This document shows, one piece after another, positions 1-10,626 of a stretch of DNA of 19,280 nt. Under the pieces are notes generated by a model, which saw nothing but the letters and a program-made list of their open reading frames with translations, was not told the origin of the DNA and made no database searches. The stretch spans positions 1 through 19,280 of the forward strand of contig JAHLVW010000054.1 in assembly GCA_019058275.1 (NCBI GenBank), read 5' to 3'. A program made the position numbers and the translations under genes. This stretch comes from Candidatus Heimdallarchaeota archaeon (GTDB lineage Archaea > Asgardarchaeota > Heimdallarchaeia > JABLTI01). Position 1 is the stretch's first letter; the number at the start of each line of letters is the position of its first letter.

Positions 1-419
1 GTATTATTATCAAGGATTTGATCAGTATCAGCTATGTCACTAGCAGATTCTTCAATTACTAATTGATTTACTTCATTAGGATAATTAATTCCAATAATAA
101 TTGCTTGGAATTTCTCGTTATTATGAGTAATATCAGTATAAAATATAACTCGTCCATCAATTCGATCAATCTTAGTCTCAGCTAATAGAGTACTATTTGT
201 TTTTATTAATGAGAGATTGTTTTGATGAATTGGTTGATAAAAAGTAAATCTCCCATCTGCAACATTGTATGTCTCCCTATTTAGATCATATGTTGCTAAA
301 ATCATAGGATAGCTAGCTCGCATTCCACCAAGAAAGGCTACTGTGAAGGCTACTAGTAGCACAATGGAAAATGATCGAAATTTACTTACCAAAATCTCCC
401 TAAAGATTTTTTTCGTCAT
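1..419 (-). CDS. ABC transporter permease, MacB/FtsX-like (N-terminal part; runs off the window)
   Basis: Translated by hand, absent from the ORF track: ATG at 419 gives MTKKIFREILVSKFRSFSIVLLVAFTVAFLGGMRASYP... This is a basic amphipathic start, one TM helix, then a soluble domain. It lies 14 bp downstream of a LolD/MacB-type ATPase and stays open to the edge. Confidence 0.8.
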   Translation of the reverse strand, partial: MTKKIFREILVSKFRSFSIVLLVAFTVAFLGGMRASYPMILATYDLNRETYNVADGRFTFYQPIHQNNLSLIKTNSTLLAETKIDRIDGRVIFYTDITHNNEKFQAIIIGINYPNEVNQLVIEESASDIADTDQILDNN

Positions 420-433
420 GATTTTCAATTCTT

Positions 434-1162
434 TTATTCACCAACCATATTTGCAGAACTATTTTGTGGTTGCTCTTCAATTTGTTCAATTTTACCCATT
501 CGAAGATGAAATACTCTATCAGAATATTGAGTGATGTTTAAATCATGGGAAACAACAATAAAGGTAATCTTCTCTTGTTGATTCAAATTCCTCATTAATT
601 CTGCGATGCTTTGACCTGTAACAAAATCTAGGTTGCCAGTTGGTTCATCAGCAACAACAATTTTTGGTTTCTTAACTAAAGCACGAGCAATAGCTACTCT
701 CTGTTGTTCTCCACCAGATAATTGACTAGGAAATCTATCTTCCTTTCCTTTTAAACCAACTTGTTTGAGTAATTCAAATGAACGTTCTTTAATTTCAGTT
801 TTTGATTTAATACCTTGGAATTCTAAAGCCAAACCAACATTCTCCCAAGCTCGAAGACTTGCTACGATATTAAAGAACTGAAAAATCCAACCAACATCAT
901 TTCGTCTATAACTATTCAATTCATCTAAAGAATAATCTGTGATTTTGTTACCATCAACAAGTACCTCTCCAGCTGATGGACGATCTATTCCTCCAATCAT
1001 GTTCAGGAGAGTGGTTTTTCCAGCACCAGAGGGACCAAGGATAACTACAAATTCACCTTTACGAACAGACAAGTTTACTCCATCAAGAGCAAATATCTCT
1101 GTTTCACCAAATTTAAAAGTGCGTTTAAGATTCCGGGTAGTGACAATTATATCTTCATTCAT
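434..1162 (-). CDS. ABC transporter ATP-binding protein, LolD/MacB (MJ0796-like) family
   Basis: Walker [10 protein letters not shown]-loop IFQFFN, signature [15 protein letters not shown], Walker B/D-loop [12 protein letters not shown]-loop VSHD. Confidence 0.95.
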   Translation of the reverse strand: MNEDIIVTTRNLKRTFKFGETEIFALDGVNLSVRKGEFVVILGPSGAGKTTLLNMIGGIDRPSAGEVLVDGNKITDYSLDELNSYRRNDVGWIFQFFNIVASLRAWENVGLALEFQGIKSKTEIKERSFELLKQVGLKGKEDRFPSQLSGGEQQRVAIARALVKKPKIVVADEPTGNLDFVTGQSIAELMRNLNQQEKITFIVVSHDLNITQYSDRVFHLRMGKIEQIEEQPQNSSANMVGE

Positions 1163-1270
1163 CTTTACTTATTCCTTTTTTGGGAAAAATAACTCCATAA
1201 TTATATCAGCTAAGACATTGAAAAACATCTTCATTTCCTTACTTTATTGAAAAGAATAGTCTACGCAAGA

Positions 1271-1278
1271 TTTAAATA
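1271..1278 (+). promoter_or_regulatory. Candidate archaeal TATA box in the divergent ABC/thermosome intergenic region
   Basis: TTTAAATA about 90 bp upstream of the thermosome ATG. A second candidate, TTTTAAAT, lies near 1339, and AGGTG (Shine-Dalgarno-like) at 1356-1360. Confidence 0.35.
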
Positions 1279-1370
1279 TCAATACAAATCACAAAAAAGC
1301 GCTCAAGAAGAGCAGAGGACTAGTCAAAAAAAATCCTATTTTAAATTGTAAAAACAGGTGTAAGTATAAA

Positions 1371-3026
1371 ATGAGTTTAGTAAACATTGGTGGGCAACCA
1401 GTTTTGCTCCTCAAAGAAGGAACCGAGAGAACCACTGGAAGAAACGCTCAAGCAAATAACATTGCAGCTGCAAAAGTTATTGCTGAAGCCATTCGATCCG
1501 CTCTTGGACCAATGGGATTAGATAAAATGCTTGTAGACTCCTTCGGTGACGTTGTTATTACTAACGATGGTGCCACCATTCTCAAGGAGATGGAAATTCA
1601 ACACCCAGCAGCTAAATTCGTTGTTGAGCTTGCTAAAGTTCAAGACGATGAAGTTGGCGACGGTACTACTACTGTTGTTATTATTGCTGGTGAATTACTA
1701 AAACAAGCTGAAGAACTTATCGCTCAAGATGTTCATGCTAGCATTATCGTTGACGGTTATCAAAAAGCCACTGTCTTAGCCTTGAAAAGCTTAGATAAAA
1801 TGGCTATTCAAGTTGATATTTCTGATAAAGCCATGCTCAAGGAAAGTGTCAAAACCGCTATGAGCAGCAAGGTTATTGCTGGTCACAGTGACTATCTTGC
1901 TGATTTGGTTATCGATGCTGCTTTAATGGTTACTGTTGAAGAAGACGGTATGAAAGTTTGTGACATTGATAATATCAAGATTGAAAAGAAGAAAGGTGAA
2001 TCTATCAAGGAAACCGAATTGATTAAAGGTATTGTTCTTGATAAGAGCGTTGTTCATTCTGGCATGCCTAAAAAAATCGACAAGGCTAAAATCTTACTTA
2101 TTGATGCTGCTATTGAAATTTCCAAGACTGAATTCGATGCTAAAATCAACATCACCAATCCTGATCAAATGAAATCTTTCCTTGATCAAGAACAAGCCAT
2201 GATTGAAGATATGGTTAACAAAGTCATCGACTCTGGTGCTAATGTTATTCTTTCTCAGAAAGGCATTGATGATCTTGCTCAACACTTCTTCGCTAAGAAA
2301 GGTATTCTTGCTGTCAGACGTATCAAGAAATCTGACATGGAAAAACTCACTATGGCTACTGGTGCAAGCATTGTTACCCGCATTGATGGTATTGAAAAGA
2401 GTGACTTAGGTCAAGCTGGTATTGTTGAAGAACGCAAAATCGCTGATGATGACTTCGTTTTCGTTGAGGGGTGCCCAAACCCTAAGAGCGTTAGTATTAT
2501 GATTCGTGGTGGTAGTGACTTAATTGTCGATGAAGCTGAACGCTCCATTCATGATTCACTCTGTGTTGTCAGAAACATTATCCAAGATGGTTTAGTTGTT
2601 CCTGGTGGTGGTGCTCCACAAATCTTCCTCTCCCGTAAGTTGAAAGAATATGCCAACACTCTTGCTGGTAGAGAACAACTTGCAGTTGAGAAATTTGCTG
2701 AAGCCCTTGAAATCATTCCTAGAGCATTAGCTGAAAACGCTGGTCTTGATCCTATTGACGTTTTAGTTGCTTTAAGAGCTACGCACGACAAAGGTGAAGT
2801 CACTGCTGGTGTTGATCTCAAAACTGGTAAACCAACAGATATGGTTAAACAGAAAGTCTTTGAACCAATTAGTGTTGCTCGTCAAGCTATTTCTTCAGCC
2901 AGTGAAGCAGCCCAAATGATTCTAAGAATTGATGATATCATCGCTGCAAGATCAACTGGTGGTATGCCCGGTGGACCTGGTGGACCTGGTGGTCCTGGTG
3001 GTATGCCTGACATGGATGATTATTAA
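1371..3026 (+). CDS. ths: Thermosome subunit (group II chaperonin, CCT/TCP-1 family)
   Basis: [36 protein letters not shown] motifs and a GGM-type C-terminal tail; codon choices typical of a highly expressed gene (GGT, GCT, GTT, ATC, AAC). Confidence 0.98.
   Translation: MSLVNIGGQPVLLLKEGTERTTGRNAQANNIAAAKVIAEAIRSALGPMGLDKMLVDSFGDVVITNDGATILKEMEIQHPAAKFVVELAKVQDDEVGDGTTTVVIIAGELLKQAEELIAQDVHASIIVDGYQKATVLALKSLDKMAIQVDISDKAMLKESVKTAMSSKVIAGHSDYLADLVIDAALMVTVEEDGMKVCDIDNIKIEKKKGESIKETELIKGIVLDKSVVHSGMPKKIDKAKILLIDAAIEISKTEFDAKINITNPDQMKSFLDQEQAMIEDMVNKVIDSGANVILSQKGIDDLAQHFFAKKGILAVRRIKKSDMEKLTMATGASIVTRIDGIEKSDLGQAGIVEERKIADDDFVFVEGCPNPKSVSIMIRGGSDLIVDEAERSIHDSLCVVRNIIQDGLVVPGGGAPQIFLSRKLKEYANTLAGREQLAVEKFAEALEIIPRALAENAGLDPIDVLVALRATHDKGEVTAGVDLKTGKPTDMVKQKVFEPISVARQAISSASEAAQMILRIDDIIAARSTGGMPGGPGGPGGPGGMPDMDDY
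2958..3008 (+). repeat. In-frame 9-bp tandem repeat (GGTGGWCCT x3) flanked by GGTGGTATGCCY, encoding the chaperonin GGMP(GGP)3GGMP tail
   Basis: ggtggtatgccc ggtggacct ggtggacct ggtggtcct ggtggtatgcct read directly. Confidence 0.9.
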
Positions 3027-3033
3027 AACTAAT

Positions 3034-3067
3034 CTTCCTCCCTCTTTTTTTCTTTTATTTTTCTTTC
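3034..3067 (+). terminator. Oligo-T/pyrimidine tract, archaeal-type terminator of ths
   Basis: ttcctccctctttttttcttttattt immediately after the TAA, between convergent genes. Confidence 0.6.
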
Positions 3068-3092
3068 TAAAAGAAATTATTTTGAGATTTGC

Positions 3093-3569
3093 TCATATTT
3101 TACTTATCATTATGAGAGCTGCTTCTCCATCGCTATAATATTTCTTTGAAACCTTAAATGGAATGTATCCTAGTTTCTGATAGAGGTCTATTGCTGCTTG
3201 ATTTGATTCCCTTACTTCCAAATAAACTTCTTTTATATCCCTAAGTCGCATAGCATCAGTTGCTGCTTGCATCAGCTTTACTGCTATTCCCCTTCGTCGA
3301 TATTTTGCTAAAATTGCTATTGATATGATATGTCCTTTTTTGCATATACCAAAACCGTAGTTTGATAACCCCTTCTCAATTCTAGTCATTTCATATCCAG
3401 CAATATCACCAGTATCATCCATTACAGCAACACTAAACCCTTCTGGGAATTTTGAAGCAATATCTATGAAAAAGAATCTTGGGTAATTTTCCGGCAGACA
3501 ACTTCTGTTTACGTTTTGCACAGCTTCAATATCTGTTTCTGGATTGAATCGTCTTACACGATAAGTCAT
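3093..3569 (-). CDS. ard1: Protein N-terminal acetyltransferase, archaeal Ard1/Naa10 (RimI-like GNAT)
   Basis: CLPENY substrate motif, GHIISIA, acetyl-CoA motif RRRGIA, LEVRESN..AI.LY, YYSDGE. Confidence 0.9.
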   Translation of the reverse strand: MTYRVRRFNPETDIEAVQNVNRSCLPENYPRFFFIDIASKFPEGFSVAVMDDTGDIAGYEMTRIEKGLSNYGFGICKKGHIISIAILAKYRRRGIAVKLMQAATDAMRLRDIKEVYLEVRESNQAAIDLYQKLGYIPFKVSKKYYSDGEAALIMISKI

Positions 3570-3777
3570 TCTTTACACTCACAGGAGTATTTTCTTCCTT
3601 ATCTACATTTTACACTATAGAATCGAGCGTGGGTATCATTTTATAGGTTTTTCTAAAAGTATTTTTTTAGGTGAAAAGGCTGCTTCCTCAAAAAAATAGT
3701 AATTTCATAAGAAACTTAAAAATAAATAGTAGTGAATCTATTCAGAAGACACGAATTACTTACTAAGAGGTATTTTT

Positions 3778-5325
3778 TTGGATTCCAAACGGGATAAAAA
3801 GCAATCAAAACAAAACGAAGAAAATTATCCTTCTCAATTGCTTGAATATTGTTGGAATTGTGGTTCAAAATTAACTAGTGATGAATGGTGTGATGATTGT
3901 AAAGTACCCATAAAGGAAGATGTAAAGTTAGAGGTTTTAAGTCGAACATCTTCTGATGAATCAATTAGATGTTGGAGATGTAAAGGAACCACTTCAGGAG
4001 ATATTTGTGGTATTTGTGGAAGTCCAATTACGAAACAAGGAGTTGAACTCCTAAAGGAAGCAGTGAAAACACAAGTATTTGAACAAATTCCATTAGAAGA
4101 GGAATTTGTTTTCATTCTTTCCCCGAAAGACAGACAAGTTATCAAAACCAATGTTCGATTCTTTAAGTTGGAAGCAATTGTACAAAAACACTTTCAAGTA
4201 GTTAATGCTGCCTTAACGAATTTTGGTCCTGAAATCATCGTTCATATGCCTGAAAACCTTGAAGTATTTGATAGTTTTGAAAACGAAAGCTTGCTCATTG
4301 AAAATTACCTTAGACCAATAATACGTAAAACAAAACTATCTTCAGATTCAAAAAAATACGCTATTATGCGATTCTTTTACTGGATACCAGAAGACACCAC
4401 CAAGAGATTTGCTTTCAATAAGATTCGCTGGAAACTGTTACTATTACTGTTGACCTTCTGCACTATTTTTCTCTCTAGCTGGCTATATTATCGAGAAATT
4501 TATGCTGTGATAACTATTAACAAAAATATCTTTGTTGATGTTTCTATTTTCACCTTTATACTTTTAGCAATCATCTTTACACATGAACTGGGACATGTAC
4601 TAATACAACGCTTGAGAAAAATCAAACTTTCTCTCCCTTTCTTTATCCCGCTACCTCCAACTCCGGGATTGTTAAGCTATTTTATGTTGGGATCTGCCGG
4701 GGGTTTCATTAGAGTTATAAATCCACTACGAAAAAGAAATGATTTATTTGATTTGTTTTTGCTTGGACCTGTTTTTGGATTGACACTGTCAATAGGAATT
4801 TACATCGGAGGTATTGCTTTACCATACATCCAAGACAAGAGTTCTCTTACGACTGAAACGTTAGAGAGAATTGAACAAATGCAAAATTTTGATCCTTTCC
4901 TTTTAATGGGGTGGTTTTTAGATTGGTTTGGTACTAACACAGACATTTCTCCGTCATTCAATCCTGAAACCCAAGTGAAATTCTTACATCCTTTAGCTTA
5001 TGCTGGATTAGTTGGAATAATATTAAACGGGATTAATTTTTTGCCAGGTTCGATACTTGATGGTGGATTCATGTTAGGAAGTCTTGTTAATGAAAAAGTC
5101 TCTCGAGTATTTTCTTTTATTTCTGCACTACTTATTATGTTAAACTATAATACCTGGACCCTAGGAATCTTAACAATGTTTGTTCCCTTAAATGTTTATC
5201 AAACACCCATTACAAATGAAGCAGTGCCAGTACATTGGACAAGGTATATTATCGAAGCGTTTGCAATACTGATAGCCATAAGCTGCTTACCATTGACCAT
5301 TTTCTTCTTCATTTCAAACAATTAA
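3778..5325 (+). CDS. Site-2 protease (peptidase M50) with N-terminal double zinc ribbon, paralog 1
   Basis: CWNC..CDDC and CWRC..CGIC; HELGH within a TM segment; NFLPGSILDGG; multiple TM helices; TTG start preceded by GAGG. Confidence 0.88.
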   Translation: MDSKRDKKQSKQNEENYPSQLLEYCWNCGSKLTSDEWCDDCKVPIKEDVKLEVLSRTSSDESIRCWRCKGTTSGDICGICGSPITKQGVELLKEAVKTQVFEQIPLEEEFVFILSPKDRQVIKTNVRFFKLEAIVQKHFQVVNAALTNFGPEIIVHMPENLEVFDSFENESLLIENYLRPIIRKTKLSSDSKKYAIMRFFYWIPEDTTKRFAFNKIRWKLLLLLLTFCTIFLSSWLYYREIYAVITINKNIFVDVSIFTFILLAIIFTHELGHVLIQRLRKIKLSLPFFIPLPPTPGLLSYFMLGSAGGFIRVINPLRKRNDLFDLFLLGPVFGLTLSIGIYIGGIALPYIQDKSSLTTETLERIEQMQNFDPFLLMGWFLDWFGTNTDISPSFNPETQVKFLHPLAYAGLVGIILNGINFLPGSILDGGFMLGSLVNEKVSRVFSFISALLIMLNYNTWTLGILTMFVPLNVYQTPITNEAVPVHWTRYIIEAFAILIAISCLPLTIFFFISNN

Positions 5326-5428
5326 TAAATAAAGTTGTTTGTAAAATAAAAATTTGCAAGTGAATGATAGTCTTTATATCAGTAATTGATACTGCTAGTA
5401 CGTAGTAGCTGCATATAGAGGAATTTTA

Positions 5429-6988
5429 GTGTCAACAGAAGAACCAAATAATTCACCCCCTTCCAAAGATGAAAAAGAAAACGAGGAAGAAAAGGAAGTA
5501 AAAGGGATAGGTGATTCATCAGAAGTTCAGTTTTGCTGGCACTGTGGAGCTGATATTAGTTTTCAAAAGAAAGATTATTGCGAAAAATGTAATGCCCCCT
5601 TAAGTGAGCAATTAAGGGCAGAGCTTTTAAACCGTCAAGAGCCAACCCAAAGTACAAAGTGTTGGCGTTGTGGTGGAACAACATCAGGTGATGTTTGTGG
5701 CATATGTGGCGCACCACTTACAAAACAAGGTTTTACAGAATTAGAGCAGTATAGAAAAATAGAAGTAGAACAGATTGTTTCAGAAACAATCTCTGTTTTC
5801 TCACCTAAAGATCGTGGATATGTTCCTGTTGAATTGTCTTTTGAGGAATTATCAGAAATAGTTGCCAAATATGTTACAATAATTGATAAAGCAAATAGTC
5901 AAACAACTGGATTGCTATACTATGTTAAGAGACCAGAGAATAGTAATGAAACATTCGCTAAATTAAGAAGCGATTCAATGTTAACTGAAAAGAACTTAAA
6001 GGTAATTATCCGTAATGAAAAAATCTCTCCTGAAGTAAAGCAAGTTGCGCTTAGATTTTATTATTGGAAACCGGAAACAACAAAAGAACGCTACAGTATT
6101 AGATCCATTGGTTGGAATATTGGATTATTTGTAGCAACTATTGTTACAGTATCCATCGCTGGTTGGCAATTTACCAAATCACTGTATACTGAATACGGTT
6201 TCGAGGGAAAACCAGCTTTAGATGTCTTCCTATTTACATTATCAATAATGGGAATTTTAACAATTCATGAATTAGGACATTACTCTGTCTCGAGATTAAA
6301 GAAGATTGATGCATCCCTGCCGTACTTTATTCCCATTCCACCTTTACCTGGTTTTCAAACATTAGGTACTTTTGGAGCTCTAATAAGACAAAAAGAACCT
6401 TTAGCAACAAGAGATGATCTATTTGATATTGGTATTTCAGGACCTGCAGCAGGATTTCTAGTAACTATTCCAGTGTTTATTATTGGTTTAAAGCTATCAT
6501 ATGTAATAGATATTCCACTTGATACGACTGCTGTAGACCCAATTGATATTCCTACTGTGTTACTTATGGATGCTCTAGTATTATTTGGGCAATTTACAAG
6601 AATATTACCCTACTTTGATCCAACAGTTCAAACTGTAGCAATGCATCCAATGATGTTTGCAGGATACGTAGGAATGCTTCTTACAGGTTTGAATCTCATG
6701 CCTGTTTCTCAATTGGATGGTGGTCATACATCTCGAGCAGTTTTCGGACATATTCCACACAGAATAATTTCAATGGTTTTTGCTTTGCTACTAGTACTTA
6801 ATCCCTTTACAAGATACTTCGGCTTATTTGTCCTTTTGATGAGTTTTACTCAGCATCCAGGATCAACAGATGATGTCTCATCTGTTCATTGGTCAAAGTA
6901 TGTTTATATCATCTTAGGCTTTATTATCGGAATTATTTGTCTTCCATTGCCAATCAATTTGATTATTTCATTCTTCACACCAGCTTAA
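5429..6988 (+). CDS. Site-2 protease (peptidase M50, EGY-like group) with N-terminal double zinc ribbon, paralog 2
   Basis: CWHC..CEKC and CWRC..CGIC; HELGH; LPYFIP, GTFGA, LFDIGISGP, NLMPVSQLDGGH; GTG start preceded by GAGG. Confidence 0.92.
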   Translation: MSTEEPNNSPPSKDEKENEEEKEVKGIGDSSEVQFCWHCGADISFQKKDYCEKCNAPLSEQLRAELLNRQEPTQSTKCWRCGGTTSGDVCGICGAPLTKQGFTELEQYRKIEVEQIVSETISVFSPKDRGYVPVELSFEELSEIVAKYVTIIDKANSQTTGLLYYVKRPENSNETFAKLRSDSMLTEKNLKVIIRNEKISPEVKQVALRFYYWKPETTKERYSIRSIGWNIGLFVATIVTVSIAGWQFTKSLYTEYGFEGKPALDVFLFTLSIMGILTIHELGHYSVSRLKKIDASLPYFIPIPPLPGFQTLGTFGALIRQKEPLATRDDLFDIGISGPAAGFLVTIPVFIIGLKLSYVIDIPLDTTAVDPIDIPTVLLMDALVLFGQFTRILPYFDPTVQTVAMHPMMFAGYVGMLLTGLNLMPVSQLDGGHTSRAVFGHIPHRIISMVFALLLVLNPFTRYFGLFVLLMSFTQHPGSTDDVSSVHWSKYVYIILGFIIGIICLPLPINLIISFFTPA

Positions 6989-7092
6989 TAAGTGTGAAGT
7001 GGAATCTTTTCTTCAAATCAGAATAATTAGACACTTTTTATACAAAATGAAATCTTGTACAAACACATTTGTCAACTATTGGAGCTATTCAA

Positions 7093-8022
7093 ATGGAAGA
7101 AACGCAGCCATGGATAAGTTATAACGATAAGGAAATGTATAAATTACTTTACAAACCATTCAAAATTTATGGAAAACAATTTTTGAAGTACTTCTTTCTA
7201 GCACTTATTCCTGAATTTATTCTCTTTGGAATAAGTCAAATAGTCATCATAGAATTATCAGTGCGAAACTATATCCATGGACCAGTCATTGAATTTATTA
7301 TGGATTTTATTGGTGAAACTAGAAATCAAAGAGAAAACATGATGACAGCTTTTGCTTTTCTTTTGTTACTAGCGTTTATTGCTATAATGTATAGAAGTTC
7401 TTTGTTGTCAAATATAACATGGAAAACTATTGAGGAAGGGAAAGCAAATGTCTTTTGGGTAATAGATAGAACATTTAGAAAAACCAAAGAAATTTTGTTA
7501 CTCACTTTATTCTTAATCACAATTGCAGCGTTGCCTTTTGTATTAATATTACTAGCAGTGATACTTCAAGGTAGCACGTTCTTATATGCCTATATTTTTG
7601 GTTGGATGACAGTTATGCTAGCTGTAGCAATTCCAGTAATTTTCTATGGAAGAATATCTATGTTCATTGCAGGTATGAGCAAAGATAATCTACATGTTGG
7701 AGTAGCAATACAAGCTTCTTGGCGATTATCTTCTCAGAAAAATTATATTAGAACTACAACAGTCTTCATAGTCTTTGCTACACTTGGACTTTTCTTACCA
7801 TGGGGTTTAAGTTTATACATCACACAAATTTATACTGGAATTTGGATCCAATTTGGCATGATATTTGTAAGAGGACTCTTTTATCCACTATTTGATATTG
7901 CATTTACTTTAACATATATGAATGCAGAATATATTGCCATTGAAAAGGCAGTTTTTAGTGAATCTATTAAAGAGCAAAGAAAGCTGTCCAAAATGAGAAT
8001 TGAAAATAGCTCAAGTGAATAA
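7093..8022 (+). CDS. Polytopic membrane protein of unknown function (about 6 TM)
   Basis: Long ORF with alternating hydrophobic segments and an 'AIQASWRLS' amphipathic motif. ATG 7093 follows GGAG at 7081 and is preferred over TTG 7069. Confidence 0.75.
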   Translation: MEETQPWISYNDKEMYKLLYKPFKIYGKQFLKYFFLALIPEFILFGISQIVIIELSVRNYIHGPVIEFIMDFIGETRNQRENMMTAFAFLLLLAFIAIMYRSSLLSNITWKTIEEGKANVFWVIDRTFRKTKEILLLTLFLITIAALPFVLILLAVILQGSTFLYAYIFGWMTVMLAVAIPVIFYGRISMFIAGMSKDNLHVGVAIQASWRLSSQKNYIRTTTVFIVFATLGLFLPWGLSLYITQIYTGIWIQFGMIFVRGLFYPLFDIAFTLTYMNAEYIAIEKAVFSESIKEQRKLSKMRIENSSSE

Positions 8023-8041
8023 TAGAAAACTTGAGTGTTTT

Positions 8042-8620
8042 TTATTCAGATGACGTATATTGAGGTAATTTTGCCAAGAGATTTTTTTTCTTAAGGAAAT
8101 CATACAAGGAGGTTATAGTTTCAATCAGTGTATTCTTTTGTTCTTCATCTGAGATGGTGTCTAAACTTATCTCTAGTTGTAATACTTCTTCCTTAGAATT
8201 CTTGACGCTTTTCATAATCTCATCAACATCTTCCTCATTGTTAGAATTGTAAAATGTGGTAAAAGAGTCATCTCCACCATATAATTCTACAGTTAAGAAT
8301 TCATGGTCTCGAGGTAATTGCATAAATTTAGCTAAATGACTCTCGTTAATTTTTTTGGTGGTTAATGAAAAAACACAAAACAAACCATCTAATGAAAAAC
8401 CAATTTCGCCATATGGAAAGATAATAGTAGGATTAGCATAGAAACTTTCATCCCAACCATCATTTAACCGTATAAAGTTACCATGGGAATTATCTAAATC
8501 AATATCAGGTATGACATTTTCAAGTTGAAGAGCAATACGCTCAATGGATTGCCACATATGATTAAGTAAATCATGGATTTTTTCTTTATTATCTCTAAGA
8601 AAATTCTGTAGATCCTTCAT
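8042..8620 (-). CDS. DUF3201-like archaeal protein
   Basis: IHDLLNHMW, GNFI...GW....Y.NP, GEIG, YGG....FYN resemble my recollection of DUF3201 proteins. ATG 8620 follows AGGAAGG and avoids overlap with the upstream gene (ORF track start 8650). Confidence 0.6.
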   Translation of the reverse strand: MKDLQNFLRDNKEKIHDLLNHMWQSIERIALQLENVIPDIDLDNSHGNFIRLNDGWDESFYANPTIIFPYGEIGFSLDGLFCVFSLTTKKINESHLAKFMQLPRDHEFLTVELYGGDDSFTTFYNSNNEEDVDEIMKSVKNSKEEVLQLEISLDTISDEEQKNTLIETITSLYDFLKKKNLLAKLPQYTSSE

Positions 8621-8640
8621 CTTTATCCTTCCTATTTTTT

Positions 8641-9525
8641 TTACAACCATTCTACTTTTGAAGGTTTTCTTGATACAAATGTTCTAAATTTATGTTTTGG
8701 ATAACCAACTATTAACACTTGATAGATTTGATTATCATCAGGTAAATTGAGTATCTTGAGTATTTTTGGATTGAATTTAGCATAATAGGTTAAATAACCA
8801 ATAAAGCATGAACCTAAACCATAACTTTGGGCTAAGATCCTAAAATAGTCAGAAGCAAGAGTGCAATTATCTTCAGGAACATATCCCTTTTTGTGGGAAT
8901 GAAACACAACTACTGCAGGTGCACCATGGAATAGATAATCTTTTCCTTCTCGAAAACCATCAAGCATACGCTGAAAACGTGGTCGAGTACCTTGGGCTTT
9001 ACGAATAGTTGATCTTTTACCGATTAGCTTAGCAAAGAATCTGAAAAATGGACTGTCTATTTTTTTCAGAAAACTAACAATAGTTTTTTCGCTTTCCTCC
9101 TTTAAAAGAGCAATAGTCTCAGGATTATGGATAAGAGAAATCTCAACATTTTGTGAATGATGACCTGTAGGTGAATAGCGAGTAACATCAACTAGCTTTT
9201 CAAGGATCTCTTTTTTGATTGGTTTCTTTAGGAATTTTCTTGTACTACGAATAGATTTCAAGTAGTAATACATTTGATCTCCAAAATTAACTGGTAAGGT
9301 TAGATTATCTTTGATAAAGCCAAAATCATCTGCAGGCATAGTTTTATGACTAATTGCTTGTTCTGGACAAATAGAAACACAGTGACCACAATCGTGACAT
9401 CGAGGATTTGGCATATAGGTGGATTTCTCTTCTGAATTGAGCTCGAAACAGTCTCGAGGGCAAATTTCAATACACGCTTTGCATCCAATACATAATTCTT
9501 GATTTACAACTATCTTGTTATCCAT
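8641..9525 (-). CDS. Nitroreductase family protein with N-terminal 2x[4Fe-4S] ferredoxin domain
   Basis: CIGCKACIEICP and CHDCGHCVSICP; FMN-binding IRSTRKF, SPTGHHSQ, GLGSCFIG, VGYP. Confidence 0.93.
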   Translation of the reverse strand: MDNKIVVNQELCIGCKACIEICPRDCFELNSEEKSTYMPNPRCHDCGHCVSICPEQAISHKTMPADDFGFIKDNLTLPVNFGDQMYYYLKSIRSTRKFLKKPIKKEILEKLVDVTRYSPTGHHSQNVEISLIHNPETIALLKEESEKTIVSFLKKIDSPFFRFFAKLIGKRSTIRKAQGTRPRFQRMLDGFREGKDYLFHGAPAVVVFHSHKKGYVPEDNCTLASDYFRILAQSYGLGSCFIGYLTYYAKFNPKILKILNLPDDNQIYQVLIVGYPKHKFRTFVSRKPSKVEWL

Positions 9526-9606
9526 TCTAGTACCAGCCTTCTATGTTTATCTGATTAGCAGCTGTTTTAAATTTTTAGAAAAAGCGAGGGAATGTTAATC
9601 ACTTAA

Positions 9607-10506
9607 TCATCCCTTAACTGGGCAGAATGCCAGGCCATCTGGGTGAATTCCAACATCAATTGTATCAATGACTTTCAGTGTTTTAATGTCAATAACAGAT
9701 ATATCATTCGTTTTGTTATTGGCTACGTAAGCAAGATTGCCTTTAGCATTAAAGACTGTTCCACCAGGCCAAACTCCAACAGGAATACGTTTAATCTCTC
9801 TATGGTTTTCGACTGTAACAATAGATAAGGTGTTTCCTTCTCGATTTGGTATGAAAGCGTATTTTCCATCTCTACTAAAGGTTACTCTAATTGGTACTCT
9901 ATCAGTTGAAATTCTCGCATATAATGCATTGTTTGAGGTTTCAATTACATACACAAGATCATCATCTTGATTAGCACAATACAGCCACTTGCCATCTGGA
10001 CTGATTGCAATTCCTTCTGGACTTCTACCAACAGGAATATGAGTTATCCATTCAAATGATTTTGTATCTAATATTGAAACCGAATTAGAACCAATATTTG
10101 AAATGTAAGCTTTGGACCCATCTGGCATTAGAGCAGTCATATGACTCATCCTTTTAGCTTCAATAACTTTCTCAACTTCATCTTTCTGAACATCGATAAT
10201 GAAAACTTTATTCGCATAAGTAGAAGCTAGAACAACCTTTGAGCCATCAGGGAGAACTGCAGATTCATGAGGAAATCGAAACTCATCATGTTTTATAATA
10301 GTAATTCTCTCAAGCTTTTTCATATCAAAAACTTCAACAGTATTTGCACCAGCACAAGAGATGTAAGCCTTGACACCATCCGGTGTTACAGATACTTCAT
10401 GAGGGCTTCTACCCACACTGATGGTTTTAACCACTTTTCTGTTGGGTTCATCAACAAATGAGACAGTATCTTCATCTTTATTTAAAACTATCAAGTAATC
10501 GGTCAT
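9607..10506 (-). CDS. YVTN/YncE-family seven-bladed beta-propeller protein
   Basis: About 42-aa repeats of the form I.VG..P.G...SPDG...Y.AN.....V.VID; no signal peptide. Confidence 0.88.
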   Translation of the reverse strand: MTDYLIVLNKDEDTVSFVDEPNRKVVKTISVGRSPHEVSVTPDGVKAYISCAGANTVEVFDMKKLERITIIKHDEFRFPHESAVLPDGSKVVLASTYANKVFIIDVQKDEVEKVIEAKRMSHMTALMPDGSKAYISNIGSNSVSILDTKSFEWITHIPVGRSPEGIAISPDGKWLYCANQDDDLVYVIETSNNALYARISTDRVPIRVTFSRDGKYAFIPNREGNTLSIVTVENHREIKRIPVGVWPGGTVFNAKGNLAYVANNKTNDISVIDIKTLKVIDTIDVGIHPDGLAFCPVKG

Positions 10507-10626
10507 AATTCATCACGTTAACATTATCAAATAAAATATGTCATTTTAGAGTTTTTCCTAGTAAAATTTAATTAAATACTTTTTTTATACAACTACTATG
10601 AAAAAAGAAGGAATAAACTTCCTAAT

